A DNA stretch of 63,998 nt, filler included, from Diploschistes diacapsis (Eukaryota): assembly GCA_023645945.1 (NCBI GenBank). It is 9 parts of 9 records of this genome, joined end to end, with 100 filler letters (N's around TTAATTAATTAA, not from the genome) between each part and the next. Parts side by side here need not be neighbours in the genome. Positions count along the whole stretch, not along the records: positions 59,825 to 63,998 come from JALAIB010001760.1; 8 more parts are not named here. The stretch is one strand, 5' to 3'. The position numbers were made by a program, and so were the translations under genes. The notes under the pieces are model-generated. The model was not told where the DNA came from and searched no databases. It worked only from the letters and a program-made list of their open reading frames with translations. This document shows, in pieces, positions 60,544 to 63,998 of this stretch (its first letter is position 1; the number at the start of each line of letters is the position of its first letter).

Positions 60544-61480
60544 TATAAAAACAATAAAAAAGGCTTCGTACGTATTTAAAAACGATCGGATCGTTTATCG
60601 TATTAAATCCTTTCAATAATAACGATTTTCCTTTTATTTCTACTATTTTCGGTTCCTCCGGCCCCTTTATTTTTAAAACCGATATAGTTAATTTATCGTT
60701 AAAAAACGAGTCGGACGAATTATCGTTCGTATCGTATTAATTTTTATTTTATTTCATTACCGGTATCTTACGGACTAATCCCGTTATTTATAACTACGTA
60801 ATATTTAACGAAATATTTAATTAAACGGCGACATTCCGAAAAAAATATAAAACCACATCGACGATATTCGGTACATTGTACGAGACGCGTACGACCGCGA
60901 AATTAAATAAAAACAGCGTTCACGTACGAAAGTCGATACGATCCCATCTATCCAGCTATAATACGCTCTCGTACGAAAATAATATTAATATTAATAAAAC
61001 AAAAACCGTACGCTACATCACGTTATAAACGAAATCCGTTAACTATTATCTTCCGACAACGAGCCAGTCGTACGAATCTCCTTTTCTTTTTATTCTTCCT
61101 CTTTCTACCACACCGCCGCCGCCGCCGCCGGGCAAAATCTAAGATATTATCGCCCTATAAACATATAAACTTCTTACGTAATAACGGGATAGATTTATAT
61201 TATAAAAAAAATATTCGAACGAATTAAAAAAAGGCCGAAAAACGACCGCGCAAAAATAAAAATAAAGTGATATAATTAAAAATAGATTTAGTTTCGTATA
61301 ATCAATTTTATATACAATTATAAGATTCAAAAGCTCGCTTAAAACTATTTAGCGCAATTACATTATAATGGAATGTTCCGCTTCGTGGGGTGTTCCGTTT
61401 CCTGATAACACACGCTAGCAGAGGAACTGCTTAACTTACCTAATACTTCTCTCGCGAATGAAGCGATACACAACTGGGAT

Positions 61481-63545
61481 ATGATCTCCAGAGAAGATAG
61501 GAAGGCGAGAACTAGCATGCCAAGACCAGGGAACCGGAGAAAACGGAAAGGCCCTCCAGACAGATTACTTGGTAAGTATTTATGCAACTGAGGAGCCGTT
61601 GGATCTTTAGTCACTGATGCATAGGAAAAACATCAGTCATCTTGACAGGGGACTTTCAGGCCAGTGAGCTATGTCAGAGTGGCACCACCATCGAGGCAGG
61701 GCTACAGGCTAGTAAATCCAAGATTGATCTAACTAGAAATTGTTCCGATGGTAACCTGGAACGCAAGGGGTCTCGCCTCAGCAACAGGGTTCTTTCCAAT
61801 AAACCTCGTGCTTCTCCAGATATTCTTAGTGATGTTTCAGATGGCAGCGAGGAGATCGTAGTATTTGGAGGGAGGAACCAGTCCCAATCGAGGAATACGA
61901 AGAAAAAGCTCATGCCATCCACAAGGCAAAATGCCAAAGATATAAATAAGTCCAGCCCTACAATGGACCAATGGGGGAGAATTGGCCGGTCGACACATCC
62001 TACTTCCTCTACATTGAGAAAAAGAGATATGCGGGGCAAAGACGAAGCATCGCGGTATTATGCTACGTGCATCAAAGTTGACACTTTTGAAGACAGTGCT
62101 CTTGCCGACTACGTTAACAACATCAAGTCCAATTATTCATTAGAGGACAATGGTGCATCCACCAACCATGAGAACAAACCTACGAGATCTCTCGGCGCTG
62201 AATCACGCTACTATAGGAAAGGCCATGAAATAAGCTTACCACGGGACTCTGAAGCTGATAATCCTCCATACCCGGAAGAATGGAATCCAAGCGTCAGTAT
62301 ACCGCGTATTCCAATACAAAATACTTCACTTGATCTCCAAGGTAACCCAGACTTTCAAGAGCCATTGAACAATGTGAATCTTGAGGAGGCAGGTGAGTTT
62401 GGGTCGTATGCTTCCATTGATAGCGAGGATCAGGCGTCTCGACCCTTGCTGGTCGAAGAGGAGGAAGAAAAGTCTGGAGTTATTGATCGTGCACCTAAGG
62501 AAAGGGACTTGGCGGACGAGCGCGTTCCTAGGAAATTGACACAGCAGGAAGAGCTTGGACCAGGATCAACGGAGGTCATGTTGTTCGATAGGTCAGAGGA
62601 CTTGGAGGAATCTGCCGTTTCTTGCAGCGAAGATGATGCTCTCATATCCTTACGTGAAGAAGCACAAAGCTATGTTCGTTGTGGGCGTATGAATAAAGCA
62701 TCGAAAGTTAAATTCATGGCCCTACCGGAATTGAGCACAGATCTAGACCAATATGGTGAATTTGATGTCATGGACAGAGGAAGAGCTAGCCTGCAATCCC
62801 GCAAGAAGAAGCAGGCGCGACCATACTTTGAGCTATCGGATGCAGAGTTGGAAGCTAATATGCTTCTAGCTTGGGATAAAGACAGGTCCAAAAAGAAAGC
62901 AAGAAAACAGCAACGGGAGATATTGCGGGCACAAGGGCTACTAGGGATGAAACCCGGCATGACCATGAAAGCCAAGTATCACGAAGGTATGACCTGGGCT
63001 CAGATTAAGGACGAGCTCAAGCAATTTCTGAAGTCTGATCGTCAAACGTACGTGTTACAGTCATTATTGAGGTCAAGGCGTGCTAACTCGACTCCAGGCT
63101 AGAATTTGTACCATTGGACAAGCGTAACCGTAGAATCGTTCACGAGATCGCAAATAGGTTCAATGTGAAATCACTCTCCAGGGGTAGTGGAGACCAACGC
63201 CATCCTTGCCTGACTAAGACTTTACGCTCAAGATCATTCAACGAGGACGCGTTTTCGGCGCTTGAAAGCCGGTTTACCACTCGTTTTATTCCGCATATGG
63301 ATAAGGTGAAAGGATCGCGGCTTACAACAAAACGTGGACGTGGGCCTCCCGCGACCTCTGCCGCTTACCGTGATGGTGAAGTGGTGGGAGCTGCCGCGCC
63401 TGAGCTTGGGTCTGAAAATCGCGGTAGAGCCATGTTAGAAAAGATGGGTTGGAGCAGTGGCACGGCCCTCGGAGCACAAAACAACAAGGGATTACTGCTC
63501 CCGATTAGGCATACTGTTAAGAATACAAGAACCGGGCTAGGTTAA
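61481..63545 (+). CDS. SQS1: R3H and G-patch domain protein Sqs1/Pfa1; start uncertain
   Basis: YGEFDVMD..R.SL; W.KDR.KKKARKQQRE..RAQGLLG; R3H RRIVHEIANRFNVKSLSRGSG; G-patch NRGRAMLEKMGWSSGTALG. Two introns. Confidence 0.88.
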
Positions 63546-63998
63546 TTATAACTAGCGCGAGGTGATTGATGGCTAATAACGGGATTTGCTTAACATATGA
63601 CGAGAGGCTGAGTGTAATGGGTAAGCCTTATAGTGTAACAAGTATGCAGGTTGATGGCTATGCGATAGCGAGGGCTTATTTACAGTAATAAGTGTATTGA
63701 TGAACGATATTAAAGGTGTTATTATAATATATTAAATCATCTATCCGCGCAACTTCTTTTACCGGTCATTTAAAATTTATTACTGGCACGATTTTATGAT
63801 TGAAGTATATGATCTGATTATGAACCTCAATCGGTTAGTCTGTCTAACTAATTAGTCATTAATGTGATATTGAAGGTTCTAGGAGGTTCTAGACTAGTTT
63901 AAAATCTAATAGAATATATGGTAGGTCCTATTAACAATAATCGAAAGCCCTAGATCATTAGATTATTACATTCACTATTATATTATCTTTAATAATAT

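Overview
Filamentous ascomycete (Pezizomycotina) genomic DNA. It is not one locus: it is nine separate contigs joined by an artificial 100-nt linker (N44-TTAATTAATTAA-N44). The contigs are 1-4589, 4690-31679, 31780-36367, 36468-41052, 41153-45734, 45835-50414, 50515-55069, 55170-59724 and 59825-end. Gene-rich parts carry spliceosomal-intron genes: a Zn2Cys6 protein, NTF2-like protein, VHS/GAT adaptor, FAD monooxygenase, TMEM14, HERP/Usa1-like UBL protein, carboxylesterase, GH51 arabinofuranosidase, PSD1, SDR, BBE-like oxidase, MYND protein, PTH11-like receptor, GAF fRMsr, BZZ1, POP4, PAN6, DBP7, class I/II aminotransferase, EamA transporter, PUS4 and SQS1. AT-rich parts are RIP-type degraded (CpA/TpG-poor, TpA-rich, CpG kept). 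They hold dead Copia, Gypsy, Tc1, Fot1-like and hAT-like elements plus RIP-killed non-TE genes (NLR-type TPR, kinase-like, membrane protein). The most notable items are: a complete 292-bp TRIM-type mini LTR element (identical 72-bp LTRs, AGAAC TSD, half-tRNA-iMet PBS); a 282-bp hAT-type MITE; a MYND gene with a +1 frameshift at GGGGTTCCCC; recurrent GC-rich islands with a C-to-G skew switch; and a fully RIP-erased NLR/kinase contig. All calls come from reading motifs by eye; no database search was run and exon boundaries are approximate.
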